A stretch of DNA of 53,104 bases, filler included, from Sphacelaria rigidula (Eukaryota), in assembly GCA_964200075.2 (NCBI GenBank). It is 4 parts of 4 records of this genome, joined end to end, with 100 filler letters (N's around TTAATTAATTAA, not from the genome) between each part and the next. Parts side by side here need not be neighbours in the genome. Positions count along the whole stretch, not along the records: positions 1 to 13,203 come from CAXNAA020003068.1; 3 more parts are not named here. One strand, written 5' to 3'. Shown here one piece after another: positions 1 to 11,950 of the stretch; the stretch's first letter is position 1, and each line of letters starts with the position of its first letter. A program made the translations under genes and the position numbers. The notes beneath the pieces are model-generated. The model did not search any database and was not told the origin of the DNA. It was given only the letters and a program-made list of their open reading frames with translations.

Positions 1-369
1 CATGGGGCCAGTTACCCCTTCAGTGACCATGGGGCCAGTTACCCCTTAAGTGATCATGGGGCCAGTTACCCCTTCAGTGACCGTGGGGCCAGTTACCCCT
101 TGAACGATCATGGGGCCAGTTACCCCAGTAGTTACTATGGGCCAGTTACCCCCCAAGTGATCATGGGGCCAGTTACCCCTTTCACTGACCGTGGGGCCAG
201 TTACCCCAGTAGCGACGGTGGGGCCAGTTACCCCATTTCTGACTACGGGGCCAGTGACCCCTTCAGTGAACACGACGACAAGTATTCCACCAGTGATCGT
301 AGGATCAGTTCCCACCTCAGTGAACACACGGCCAGTTACCCTTCCCGCGAACCAGGGGCCAGTTACCCC
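1..369 (+). repeat. 27-bp coding minisatellite (core GGGGCCAGTTACCCC) encoding HGASYPFSD-like 9-aa repeats
   Basis: About 10 consecutive units such as CATGGGGCCAGTTACCCCTTCAGTGAC from position 1, then degenerate copies to ~369. Frame +1 is open throughout. Confidence 0.95.
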
Positions 370-852
370 GCTGCTAATCCCTCAACGGATCAAGGAGCCA
401 GATGTTCCGCGTCCGGTGTCCGACAGAAAACAGTTATAACATGTGTTGGTTTTCAGTCTAGCGGGTCGGCGGCGGTGCCGCCTCCCAACGGTGAAGATGA
501 GGCGGGACAGTCTGACGCTGAACTAGTAGCACTATGGTACTCAGAAAAAGGAGAGTTGGAAAAAACAGGTATCACAGCCAAGAAAAAAGAAGACATTCTG
601 TACAGACTCGCAAATATCTGCACGCGCATCACAGGAAAACATGGTGGACACATTGGGGATGTCGCGAGGTCTATCGGGGGAACGCTAGTCACGCCGCCGG
701 TAGACCCGCACGAGATCAGGAAGTATTTCGGGGAGAACGAGGGTTTCCCGCAGACAGACGAACTCGTTACTATCGTAGCCACAGGTGTCCCCGTCGGCGC
801 GACAGTCACTGCATCCTCCACACAAGAGAACCTCGACTGCGCACTACAGTAC
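1..852 (+). mobile_element. Truncated ORF fragment, probably from a tyrosine-recombinase (DIRS/Ngaro-like) retrotransposon, upstream of RT
   Basis: The frame is open from the contig start. The segment GFPQTDELVTIVATGVPV...NLDCALQY resembles, from memory, the pre-RT region (FP..D.L..I...GVPV...L...L.YGNH) of algal DIRS/Ngaro pol. Similarity stops at ~852, and no RT or YR motif is present. Confidence 0.45.
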
Positions 853-3112
853 TACGTATACAAGAGGAAGTCATCGCCAGCCTCGGAGTTCCTTCGGCAT
901 CAGGACGGCAGTTTCCCCCGTAGGTCCCTGACCACTCTAGCGATACGCCTTCCTTACACATTCGGCTATTCCAAAACAGCCGTGTCGTATCGAATATCGA
1001 TACTCGGTACGTATCGTGTCGTTTTCGGAATATCGATGAAAATATCGGTATCGGCGGTTGTGGTTCGATATTCTCAGAATATCTATCGAACTTAAATCTC
1101 GGTCCGATATGCAACTATTGCCTACTGCGACTTGCGCATTATTACTGCAAGACAAAGTTTAGAAATCTCCCTGGTATGGATTGTTTCAGCCGGCTTGCGC
1201 GCCATAGCGTCTGCGTTACCATGCAGCTCCGCTCGAGATATAGTCAGGCATTATAGCGGCAAAGACGGGCTTTTTTTCCTGCGTGCACTACGCAGGAGGG
1301 CAAACGCATGCTCAGCTGCAACACCGACCGCTGTACAAGATGTGGCGGAGCGAGGGGTGGTACACCGCGTACACACAGACAGCAAGCCGTAACCATACAA
1401 TCATATAGTCATACATGTACGCTGTAAGCAAGTGTGATTTGAAATCCGTGCGCGAGGGGTGGGGCCGGAATGTAGAGAATCCTGCACAACTTCGCCGTTT
1501 ACTACCGGGACGCCATCTCTGTTCAGCGGCAATCGTTGGCGATGTGTGCTGTGAGGAGTCTCGTGCGTGATGGTGCTTTTTACACCTCCGCACACCGCCC
1601 GTCAAGCGAGCTCTTGATGCTGGAAGTGCCCACCGCTTTTCCCGTGATGATCTCCACGCTTGGTCTGAGACAATGGAAACTGTGGAATATGACAGTAACT
1701 ACTAGAAGGTACATGTTCTCCCACACCAATCCCTCCATATTATTGAAAAGGAATAACATTGCTCGTTTCTCTCATCTGATTGAAGAAAGGTCGCCGGATT
1801 TTGGATTTTGGTGTATTTAAGGACTGTGAGTGGTCGAGAAACCTTTCCGCTCATAATTCCTGCCCCCCATTTGTGGGCCCAGTGCCGTTATAATACTCTA
1901 CCCTTTTGAGTACCTTAAGTACAGAACGTTTTTCAAAATATCCCGCAATTGGGTTTACTCTACTCGATCTACCCTTGAAATCATGCACTTTAATAGGATG
2001 AATCAAGAAGCCTTCGCTGCTCTTTTTCGAGATCCTGTAAGCAACCCTGTGGAGAGGTACCCCCAATTTGAAAATTCCAAATTATTTTGTTACAGAATCT
2101 ATGAATTTATTTATTTGGAGACGCTATTCGAAATTATTCCGCGTTTTGCCCGACTTCAAATTGGGCAATCGGGCAAAAAGAATAATTATTTCGGACAACA
2201 GAGTAAGCTATTCGAAAGAGATTCTTTTTTTGCCAGTTAAATTTTGCCCAGTTAAATTGGGCAAAAAGAAAGGATCTATTTGAACCGCTTACTTTGCTAC
2301 ACAAATCATGTACACCTGTACGGGATTGTGGGGCATGAAGCTGTTCAAAATAAATCTTTTTTTTGCCCAATTAATAGGTGGTTGAGCAAAAAAGGGATTA
2401 ATTCTGAACAGCTTACTCTGCTCCACAAATCCTAAACACACTGGCAGATTTGGAATATATAGAGGGGAAGAAGCTCGGAATAAATCCTCACCTTGCCCGC
2501 TGATTCATCCGGAAATTGGCAAAAAGATAACTTATTGCGAACAGCCTCAACTGTGCAAGTTCCGCACACTGCACCGTAATCAGCGGATGGAATCCGAGAT
2601 GCAGCAAAAATTGTTGAAAATCATTCATCCTCTCGGCCCCCAATTTATATATCAGTTGGGCGAATTGTCAACAGCGTTTGCTGACTGCAGATCTCAAACA
2701 CTGCTTACGAGTGTATGTCCACACGCCTGAGCTTAAAAACGCTTTGGGCGCGGATGCTACAATCAGGGTGTATACCTTACCTTGCGCATGTATACAGATA
2801 GTTCATCAAAACCCCGTTGTCCAATGTCAACCAATAAGACAACCCAAATGATGTTTTTGGAAAAAATCACTCAGTCAATCATGCTTTTGTTCATGCAGAT
2901 TTTTGCTTGATATTTATTAGGAGCACAAAAATATCCGGGCCGACATTGATGAATCAAAGGTGGTCCAATGTTAATCTTCATCTTCTCGCACATCCGAACA
3001 GACTCGCGAGGTCAACACCTACCACCGCCATATCTCGACCGTTTTTTTCTGCCAGTACCGTGCCCATGCTGTAAGGTGGAGCATACTGTATGTGCGTTAT
3101 AAACACTGTTAT

Positions 3113-4497
3113 GGGCGCGCCTGACCCCCCGAAATGAGCCAAGAAAGTGTCACCGACCAAAAGCACGAACAGACCGACTTTTGCGGCTTATCCTGCCTCT
3201 TAGGGCAAAATGCGCGTTACGTCATCGGAAGAGAAGGACATAAATCCAAAATTCACATCGAGAAAATGAGGAATGCATTCTGAACTCAGAATCCCAACAT
3301 CGCCGTATGTGGCGTCACAACGTACCCAAACTGCCGACGAAAAACCGGCGCAATGGCATGGCGTGTATAGAAACCAAAACGGAAACAATGGTTGGAGCAA
3401 AAACGAATGGGCCATGAAAACAAAGCCAACTGCAAGGGTAGTCTATTTGGATCATGCATTCTGGTTGCAAGATTAATTGATGCCAATTCGGCAGATTACC
3501 TGCTCTCGCCGTCCAAGGGTTAACCCCGTGTTGCGTTGTAGCCAACGTGTCTACTTGCGAGCACTCGCAGAGACGCACGTAGAACGTAAAATACTACACA
3601 TGAGTGTTGGCGAATCATGTCGGGCGAAAACGTTAACATTGCGCAGTCGCTTCCAAGGGGTCCGCAAAACCAGGACGGTGCACCGGCAGGAGGAGCAGGG
3701 GCACGTCCCCGTGAGATTCCCATATATATGTAGTACGGGTGGTTTCCCATACTTGACACCAAGTAAGATCAAAAACCAAAGTGCGCTACTCTTTCCGCCG
3801 ACACGAGCGGCGCACAGACAGGGGCATGTGTCTCGCAGACACAGCTTATGGGGGGTCAGTCGACGGTTCAACTTGTACACCTCTCCAACATTCCAGACAT
3901 GCAATGTATCAATCATCTGCACTATGTTGCCACTGTCGTCCGTACCACTATCAAGAGTGATTCATGGGTGTAATCTATTCCGAGGCAATTGGACTGGGGT
4001 GAGATTTTCGCATGTCGTGAAAACCGGCGAGGGTTGGAGGCGCTGGTTTGCGATCATAGCCCAAATGGTTGCCCCATTACTCATCGCCAAGGCCATCGAT
4101 TGGGATGCGATTTTTTGCACCATCTGCGCCAACACGACAGCTACAAATCACGTGGTCGATTTTTTCATCTCATCGGGATCCAAGTTTTATTACAAATTAA
4201 GCGGAAAAAACATGTTTTTTTTTGCGATTTTCTCGATCACCATGACTGCTTTGGTTCCACAATGTTTCCAGATTGTAGCTTGGACAAATACACGCCGGTG
4301 AGTAGCCGAGGCACGCCGTGGTTCGTAGCCTGGGACAACGATAATGGGAAATCGTCGAGTAGAAACCCCACTCGGATCACAAGTGCTGTGGGGGATTTTA
4401 CGGCGTGCATAATCAAGGGATGAACGAGATCTCCGGTCTGTTCGTGCTTTTGGTCGGTGACACTTTTTTGGCTCACTTTAAGGGGTCAGGCGCACCC
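3113..4497. mobile_element. Non-autonomous DNA transposon remnant with ~64-bp TIRs flanked by AT dinucleotides (PHIS/ISL2EU-like)
   Basis: 3113-3176 (GGGCGCGCCTGACCCC...GTGTCACCGACCAAAAGCACGAACAGACCG) is the near reverse complement of 4434-4497. AT lies at 3111-3112 and 4498-4499. No intact transposase was recognised inside. Confidence 0.7.
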
Positions 4498-4546
4498 ATA
4501 ACTGTACAGCATATCAACAACAATGAACAGTGCACAGGGTGACGAA

Positions 4547-4715
4547 ACCCTGTGAAGCGTACTGTGCGGCGCGAAAAAATACCCTACAGCCAAATCCCCG
4601 CGAGAAACACTGCACAGTTTCCCTTGAACCCTGTGAAGCGTCCTGTGTGGCGAAAAAAACACCCCACAGCCAAATCCCCGCGAGAAACACTGCACAGCCC
4701 CCCTGAACCCTGTAG
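4547..4715 (+). repeat. ~80-bp tandem repeat, about 2 copies
   Basis: ACCCTGT begins at 4547, 4628 and 4707. ACAGCCAAATCCCCGCGAGAAACACTGCACAG occurs twice. Confidence 0.9.
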
Positions 4716-4940
4716 ACGTGCCCCACAGGGTGCTATCTGTCCACGTGTGCACGACTGAACCACATCACACCTCCACAACACAGCCCGAGGAAACACGCAC
4801 AGACACCCACAGCTCAAGAGCACCCTGGCGCTACTCGTAGCCCTTCCTGATGCATACGCGTGCTATTTGCTTCACGGCAATCCGTCAAGTGTTTGTTGGC
4901 AGAGGGTGCCGCCCGTATTTGTGTCGTAACAAACTCGCTC

Positions 4941-5381
4941 AAACACGGGATCTTACAAATTGGGGATGGATCTTTTATTGGGAATGAGAAACCCGGAGAG
5001 TAAAATCTTCGTATCCACACCAAATCTTCGAAATATGGTTCCATTTCTACACCTACTGATAGCTATTGACAACTACTACACGCCATAGAAAATTGGGTTT
5101 CGATCACCGAAATGTTGGGGCCCTAGGTGAAAAAACAGTCGGAACCGTTTTGGCGTCCGTTCGGACACCCGAAGTCCCCAAAAATGGTTTTTCACCTAGG
5201 ACCCCAACATTTCGATGATCGACATCGAAATTTCTATGCCGTGTAGCAATTGTCAAACGCTATCAGTAGGTGAATCATGGAACCATATTTCGAAAGTTTG
5301 GTGTGGATACGAAGATTTTAATTAGCCGGGTTTCTCATCCCCAATAAAAGATCCATCCCCAATTTGTAAGATCCCGTGTTT
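4941..5381. mobile_element. Foldback/MITE-like element with ~195-bp inverted arms and a ~50-bp spacer
   Basis: AAACACGGGATCTTACAAATTGGGGATGGATCTTTTATTGGG at 4941 is mirrored by CCCAATAAAAGATCCATCCCCAATTTGTAAGATCCCGTGTTT ending at 5381. The inner arm ends are CCTAGGTGAAAAA and TTTTTCACCTAGG. Confidence 0.9.
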
Positions 5382-5444
5382 CAAGATTACGTCGTTGACC
5401 GGTTGTGTGTGTGTGTATGGGCGTGCCTTAGAACGTGTCTCAGG

Positions 5445-5623
5445 CCGTGTCTTAGCACATCAGTTTTCGATTGAAAAAGTGCGGCGGAAACAAAAACCTT
5501 GATCTGATAGGTCGTGATTTCAACTATCTTACAAATTAACGATGGTTGAAGTTACGACCTATCAGACCGGGATTTTTGCTTTCCACCGCACAATTTCGAT
5601 TGAACACTGGTGTGCTACAGGGC
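5445..5623. repeat. ~180-bp self-complementary hairpin unit, copy A
   Basis: Homologous to 6301-6480 and 6481-6669. Arms ...GTGCGGCGGAAACAAAAA...CTGATAGGTCGT and ACGACCTATCAG...TTTTTGCTTTCCACCGCAC. Confidence 0.85.
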
Positions 5624-6300
5624 CAACTCTAATGAGAGCCGTTCAAAAGTCCTGTCGAAAACTACCTTTCGGGCCCTTGTCCGTCGATTTACGCTCGAAA
5701 AGAGGGCTTGGTGGATGCTGACGCCTTGGAATGAGTTGCTCTATTAGTTGAGACCGTCCCAGGCCCAGGGCAACTCTGCATTTCCCGCTGGCCGCACTTT
5801 TGTTTTCGACCAAATTAGGCCAAGCACGAATTTTCAGAAAAAAACGGTCAGGTGCAATGCAGCTTTGCCAGTTATTTGGAAGTGCTGACGTTATGTCTGT
5901 GCGGTATCGCTGTACTTCACCGTACCGCAAGGTACTGTATGGTTCTGCATTGCACTGTCTGCACTGCACTGTCGGCACGGCACTGTCTCTACTCTATACT
6001 GCACACCACTACAGTGTCCTGTTGTGCACCGTAATGCAGTGAAGTACCGCAAGTGCAGGGAAGCGTAGTGTACGGTACGGCACGGTGCTACAAGGCGCTG
6101 TACAACACAGACTCGCTACTGTTGTTATACAGTCAGTGCTGTGCTAACCTGTACATTTTCGAAGTGGGCGCTGGTCGATCGCACCTTTGGCGGGCCAACC
6201 TGCGGCCAATTACCGCAACAAAAAATCCACATCAAGCCACCACATCATGTCTTCCACTCTGCCTCTATAATGCGAAAAAATATTCTTCGAAACTCCCTCC

Positions 6301-6669
6301 GGGCGTGTCTTCGCATATTGGTTTTCGATCGAAAAAGTGTGTTGGAAAACAAAAATCCCGATTTGATAGATCGTGATTTCAACCATCGTCGATAATTTTG
6401 AAGATGGTTGAAATCACGATCTATCATATGGGGATTTTTGTTTTCCACCGCACTTTTTCGATCGAAAAATGATCTGCTGAGGGCCTGTCTTAGCACATGA
6501 GTTTCCGATCGAAAATGTGCGGTGGAAAACAAAAATCCCGATCTGATATGCCGTAATTCCAACCATCGTCGAAAATTTTGAAGATGGTTTAAATCACAGC
6601 CTATCAGATCGGGATTTTTGTTTTCCACCGCACAATTCCGATCGAAAACTCATGTGCTAAGACATGCCC
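6301..6669. repeat. Two tandem ~180-190-bp hairpin units, copies B and C
   Basis: In copy C, GGGCCTGTCTTAGCACATGAGTTTCCGATCG at 6481 pairs with CGATCGAAAACTCATGTGCTAAGACATGCCC ending at 6669. Copy B has the same architecture. Confidence 0.92.
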
Positions 6670-6684
6670 TAACACCGACTCTAA

Positions 6685-7100
6685 TGGGAGCCGTTTAGAT
6701 TTTATTTTTCAAACATTTTGAACAGGTGATCACAAAAGCGACCATTATGGAACAAAATCGTCAAGATTTAGACCCCCAGAATTCTGAACGGACCCGAAAA
6801 ATTGCAAAATTTTGGCCAAGCGCTCGGAATTGGGGGACGATTTCAAACGCTTGAGAGCCCGTTTAAAAGTCGTCACAAGAAGTAAAATGGGACATGTCAT
6901 GTTTTGTTGTACAACACACGCAGGCGCCTCTCTCACGTGCTGCACCTGTCACTGCACAATCGTGTATTTAAACCTTGCCAAACCTGTCTGTTCTATACTG
7001 GATTACCTGAGCTGCTGTACTAATATTGTATTCCGAACAACTGCAGTTGGCAGGCAGTGCTGTCTTGCCGAACTTGAAAATGCAATGCTGTTCACACGAA
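6685..7100 (+). mobile_element. Dispersed repeat family starting ATG(A/G)GAGCCGTT(C/T)A, probable non-autonomous DNA element
   Basis: Colinear similarity to 43855-44260, including TTTTGGCCA.GCGCTC, GGACATGT.ATGTTTT, CTGAGCTGCTGT and AACTGCAGT.GGCA.GCAG.GCTGTCTT. Confidence 0.75.
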
Positions 7101-8799
7101 GTTGTAGAAGTCACGTGGATATCCATGGGCGCACAGCTGGTTTCCATCGCCAGCAGTAGCCACGCTGGCTTCAATCCCATCACCAGCAGTAGCCACGCGT
7201 GGGAGGCACACTCGACGTGCACAGCTCCCACAGAGAGATGCGCACAGCTATATCTCCCAGCACTTCGCCGAGTGAGTAAGCATGGACCCATCGGCGGGTA
7301 GTACGGACTAGCGCTTTCAAACACCATGGCTATCACGCGCAGGGTGAGTGGGCGTTGCCGCACGATAGAAACGCGGATCGTCTCTCGCACGAGGAAAAGC
7401 AGCAACAGCAGCAGCAGTGGCAGTGTTGGCACCGGCTGATTTAGATCCGCCCCTTAAAAAGAGGGCTAGGCGGATATCGACGCCTTGGAATGACTTGCTC
7501 TACTCATTGAGACCGTTCTAGGGCAACTTTGCATTTCCCGCTCGCCGTACTTTTGTTTTTTGCCGAACACGGATTGTACAGAGCGAGCGTCGTAGTGGAA
7601 GCGCATCACTCGCGGTTGGGTCTCACGTGATTTGGCTTCAAGGAGCCCACCAAGGCACAGCAATCAAGAATACTGTACATAGCTCCAACAGTGAGGTCGA
7701 ACATGCAATATTCGTGCTGAAGTATAGATCGACGAGGTAGCTTGTGGTAGATACTCTAGGAGCATGCAGCAACAGTCGCCGCGTGACAATTTACTGAGGA
7801 TGCCCTTAGGGCATTGGTCATCCGTTCGCGCAAATGTCGCAACAAACAAGTCGACATATTACAAAGAAGGAAGAAAACCACAACCCATGGCATTTTCCTG
7901 AGGGAGTCCTTTCTGTATCGATCACCCCTTTGCGCAAATGTTGGGTCGATAAAAAAGAGATTTGGGGTAGTCTAGTTATCCAGCAGTTCACTAGAGCCGC
8001 CCGTACGGTATCGGTAGGTTTTTCGTGAATCTCGGAGAGACAGGAACAAAGAAAAGAACAATGCGAAAGAGAGACGAGGAAAGGGTGGCCGAGATGCCCA
8101 CAGCTATCAGAGATTATCTGTAACGGGTACGCAAAATATGGATTGGTACGATGAGGGAGGAGAGCAACAACGCCGTCGCTTGCCTCAATATATTTCTATC
8201 CGAACGGAAACAGAAGGTGTGGACTTGCGGGAATGTTCGCAGTTTGTGATATCCCTCGATAAAGTACTCACGTGTTTCACCAGCGCGTCAATTTCGGGTG
8301 GGTCGTGGAACGTAAAAACTGACACTGGGGAGTGTCCACAAGATATCGCACGGCGGGCTAGGACGGTTGGTCGCACCAACTATCGAACCGGAAGAACGAC
8401 CGGTTCCAATGCGGATGGGTCGCTTCGTCACGGTACAACATGATTGCTTGAAACAGTCATTAGAACGAATGCAATACAATTCCAGAATTATGTCAATCAA
8501 GCATCCAACATACAAACACGTCCAACTCTAGTAAAAATTGTACCTCCAGCATGCAACGGAACACGTAGCCAAGGTGATTCCAAGACGGGGAAAGTCGGCA
8601 CTGACACAACCATACGCAACTCAATCGTACAAACGGGAGGGCGATCGGACTGAATACACATACATTTTTCGAGGAATACGACTGATTTACTCGCGAGAAA
8701 AAAGTATACGAAGGGGAGGGGACACCATGCGGGGCGGGAGACTGAACAACGCCACACCGAGGGAGAAAAAAAAGGCATAAGAATCATGACCTTACTTCC

Positions 8800-10800
8800 A
8801 TGAGTTGCCCGTAGGGCGGAATATGGCGTCGTCCATGTTGCCGTCATCATGGCGCTGTAAACACCAGGACCCGCGGCAGGAGACGGCGCTTCGGTGTAAT
8901 AAGCATCGTTTAAGTTGATTTCACGGGGGTCGGGGTCGTCGAGGAAGCGGATGGAGTAGCAGTTGTCGGAGTCGGGGTCTGGTAAGTTGAACTCGCTCAA
9001 CCACCAGCGGGAATCCAGCGCCTTGTTCCAGGAGTACGGACTCTTCGGTAGACGTTCCCTGCGGGGATAAAAAGAGTATCGCGCACGCGAAACCAGGCTA
9101 TAGCCTGCCATGACGAATCGCGCCGAATGCTCTTGTAGCTCCTGTGCTGCCGCGCCCTTCCGCATAGAGCTGTATCTTCGGTTCAACGGACGGTGTTGCG
9201 CGACATCGCCTACCAACTTCAGCAAGATTTGTCTGCTAAATACCGCAGATCAGCTTACCTTTTCCCATGTGACCCGCTTCAACCCCTTCCAGTGTGGCTG
9301 GTACATCACCGCTATGTCACCGCCACGACCTCGGACCAGGTTATATCCGCTAAGATGATCACCAGTCATTCGATGGGTGCGTTGACATGTTCGGTCATAA
9401 CATGAAAAGGCGGTGACTTGATGTGCCTGGTCAGGGCGTACTGGCTGAGTCCCAACGGCAGCTTCTCAGACATGGCAGTTGTATCATGCGGCGTGGTGCA
9501 AGGTTTACAGCGCACGTCATACACACGAATTTAAAGTGGAGGCCCGGCCTCCTCCGTGGGAAAATGAAGATGAAACACGTTTCTCCTCCATGGGGTTATC
9601 ATCCGGTGCTGTAGCGCTGGGTCCACCACCTGGAAGTTTCCACGGCCCGGTACAATTCAGGGACAGTTTGGCCTTCAACACCTTGTCCAGCGAACGGTTC
9701 CACATTGATGTACACCCGCACCCATGCACGTACCTCCCAGATTGAGCGCCTATGCATCACCGCATCTAACGTGGCATGTGCGTTTTTTGCTTGTGCCAGG
9801 TTGATTTGGTTTCGCTCACGAACCAAATCGTTAACCAATCGCAGTCGATGGCTCAAAAGATCGTAATACCCCGTGATACTCCGATCCAATCTCTGATATA
9901 TGCCCGCCGGTGTTTCGGCGTTCGAATACGGTTAACGTCAACCGTTGTATGTGACGGGTGTGATATTCGCTTGGTGCAAGGCCTACAGTGGTGTGAACCG
10001 AGTTGTTGAAGTTCATCTGAACAAAGGCAGGTGCAAGAATTCTAGTTTGTCTGTCGTTCTTGAGTGACGGCTGGCCGCATTTTTGCCATCGTACGGTTGA
10101 CAAGTTCCGTCCCGCCGTTCGCGTTTGGGTATTACGAACTCGTGAAAAGTCGATGAGAGCCCAGTAGCTGACCGACCGCGGCAGAACGTTTGCCAGAGAA
10201 CTGCTGATCTTTGTCGGACAACAGTCTCCTTGGGACACCCCACTGCGGCATATACTCGTACACAAGCGTGTTAGCGGTGCCGTGAACCAGCAAACATGAC
10301 GCCGTGTCGAATGAATCTATCCGTCGATGTCAGCAATGATCCGAAATTTTCCCAAGGTAGTTTCAGCGGGCCCGTTGGGGAGCGGCATGGAGATGACTGA
10401 CCGACGCACAGTCCGTCGAGACGTATTGCGTGCCTGACAAATCAAATAACGGCGTACCCACCAAAGTACACATTGGTCGATATCTATCCACCGATAGAAA
10501 CGCTCAATGACCTGGGCCGTCCGAATTGCACCCAGGTGTGTCGAGGCACTGGGATGATGCTCGTCTAGGACCCATGATCGCATCAACATAGGCACATGAA
10601 TGCGAAGGGGTTCGTCACATAGCAGTCTAGCGTATCGACTGGTGGATCGGTCTGTCGTTCGGACCAACGTGGGCTTGCGGCATCAAGAGGACAATGCCGT
10701 CATGTCCGTGTGAAGTTCGTGCTTGCGAGCCAGCCCAACAACTTCACCCTGACCGGTTGATGCTCTGTGGAACGACGGAATCTTGTTAGCCAACTCTCAC
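8800..10800 (-). mobile_element. Heavily decayed Ty3/Gypsy 3' half (integrase, chromodomain, PWWP/Tudor-like tail), related to the element in contig 3
   Basis: Fragments LLCDEPLRIHVPMLMRSWVL...ERFYRW...CQARNTSRRT, KAKLSLNCTGPWK, KSPPFHV, RGRGGDIAVMYQPHWKGLKRVTWE and WNKALDSRWWL...YSIRFLDDP are colinear with 29753-31720. Many stops and frameshifts. Confidence 0.9.
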
Positions 10801-11298
10801 ATGAAGCTCGTGCGCTGTTTGGGGTGTGAATCGCTCACAGAACATCTGTAGGAGAACAGAAAATGTGTCCCTGCTCTTCCTGATGGAAAGATCAAGCTAG
10901 CCAGCCGGTCTCAAGACAATAGCAGAAGCAGAGAATTCCTTCTCTGCACTTGTGCTCCGCAGCTCTTCGTAGGTCAAATAGGGTTTTCGCCCGAAAGAGC
11001 GTACTGGGGATTTCAAGTGTTGAATCGGTTTCATTATTTTTCCAAGTGGAAATGATGTCGGTTCCAGATGTTCGCAGTCAAGGGGTGAAAGCCGCCAAGT
11101 GGTGTGGCGTGTGGAGTTCGTGAAAATATGAAATGGTGCTGACTTTTGACAGTTCATTGCCGAGCTTTGATCCGGCAAAGAGACGGAGTACACCGATGCG
11201 TGGCGTACCGTGATCTAAGTGTGGCCTTCCGGTGCAACCGCGTGTTTCTACCGTTGAACCGATTCCGGCGCCAAAAAAACATGTGCTTCGTGCACAAC

Positions 11299-11950
11299 TG
11301 TGCGGCCAATAGTAATATCCCCAAGTTCAGACAGCCCGTTCTGTGTCATGTGGGTACTTTCGAAGACAAAAGGCAGTTCCTCCACAGGTTCCAATGTTTT
11401 TCAGCTGTGTGCCTCTGCGCGCATGACTTATCCACCAAGAGACTGCAGCTCGGCTGGCTGCATGGAGACGCAGGGGACACAGATGCGGGGGCTGCTGTGG
11501 AACGAGGGCGCCTTGCCTGTCTCACCACGTGTTTCTATCGTTTGAACGATTCAATACTTACTGCGCCAGAAAAAGAGTGTGTGCATCCCGTGCAATCGTG
11601 CGGCCAAGTGTAACCGCCCAAAGTTCAGACAACCCGTGTATCGGAGAGTGCAGGGGTTTTGTGGTATGTGGATATATTCAAAGATACAGAAGCAGTTCAG
11701 CACGTTATACTATTTTCAAGCTGTGTGCCTTTGCGTGCATGACTTGTCCATAACGAGGCTGCAGCTGCTCTTGCTGCACAGAGACGCAGAGGATAACGAT
11801 GAGCGGGCTGCTGTGATACAAGTGCGCCCTGCCTGTGCAATCACGTATTTCTATCGTTTGAACAATCCTTGTACAAGGAAATGTGCTCTCCGCACAACCT
11901 TGCGGCCCACTATTATGTCTCTAGTTCAGACAGTTGGGTGTATCGGACTG
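11299..11950 (+). repeat. Diverged ~300-bp tandem repeat, about 2.2 copies
   Basis: TGCGGCC...AGTTCAGACA recurs at ~11301, ~11599 and ~11901. Shared blocks include GCTGTGTGCCT, GCATGACTT, CTGCAGCT and TTTCTATCGTTTGAAC. Confidence 0.85.

Noticed and set aside
1-280. CRISPR-like array (constant, partly palindromic 15-mer with variable spacers)
   Set aside because: The spacers are only ~12 nt and related to each other. The 27-bp period is in frame within an ORF, there are no cas genes, and the context is eukaryotic.
3477-4301. 274-aa ORF as an intact transposase
   Set aside because: No DDE or other recognisable motif, a non-ATG start, and composition typical of decayed sequence.
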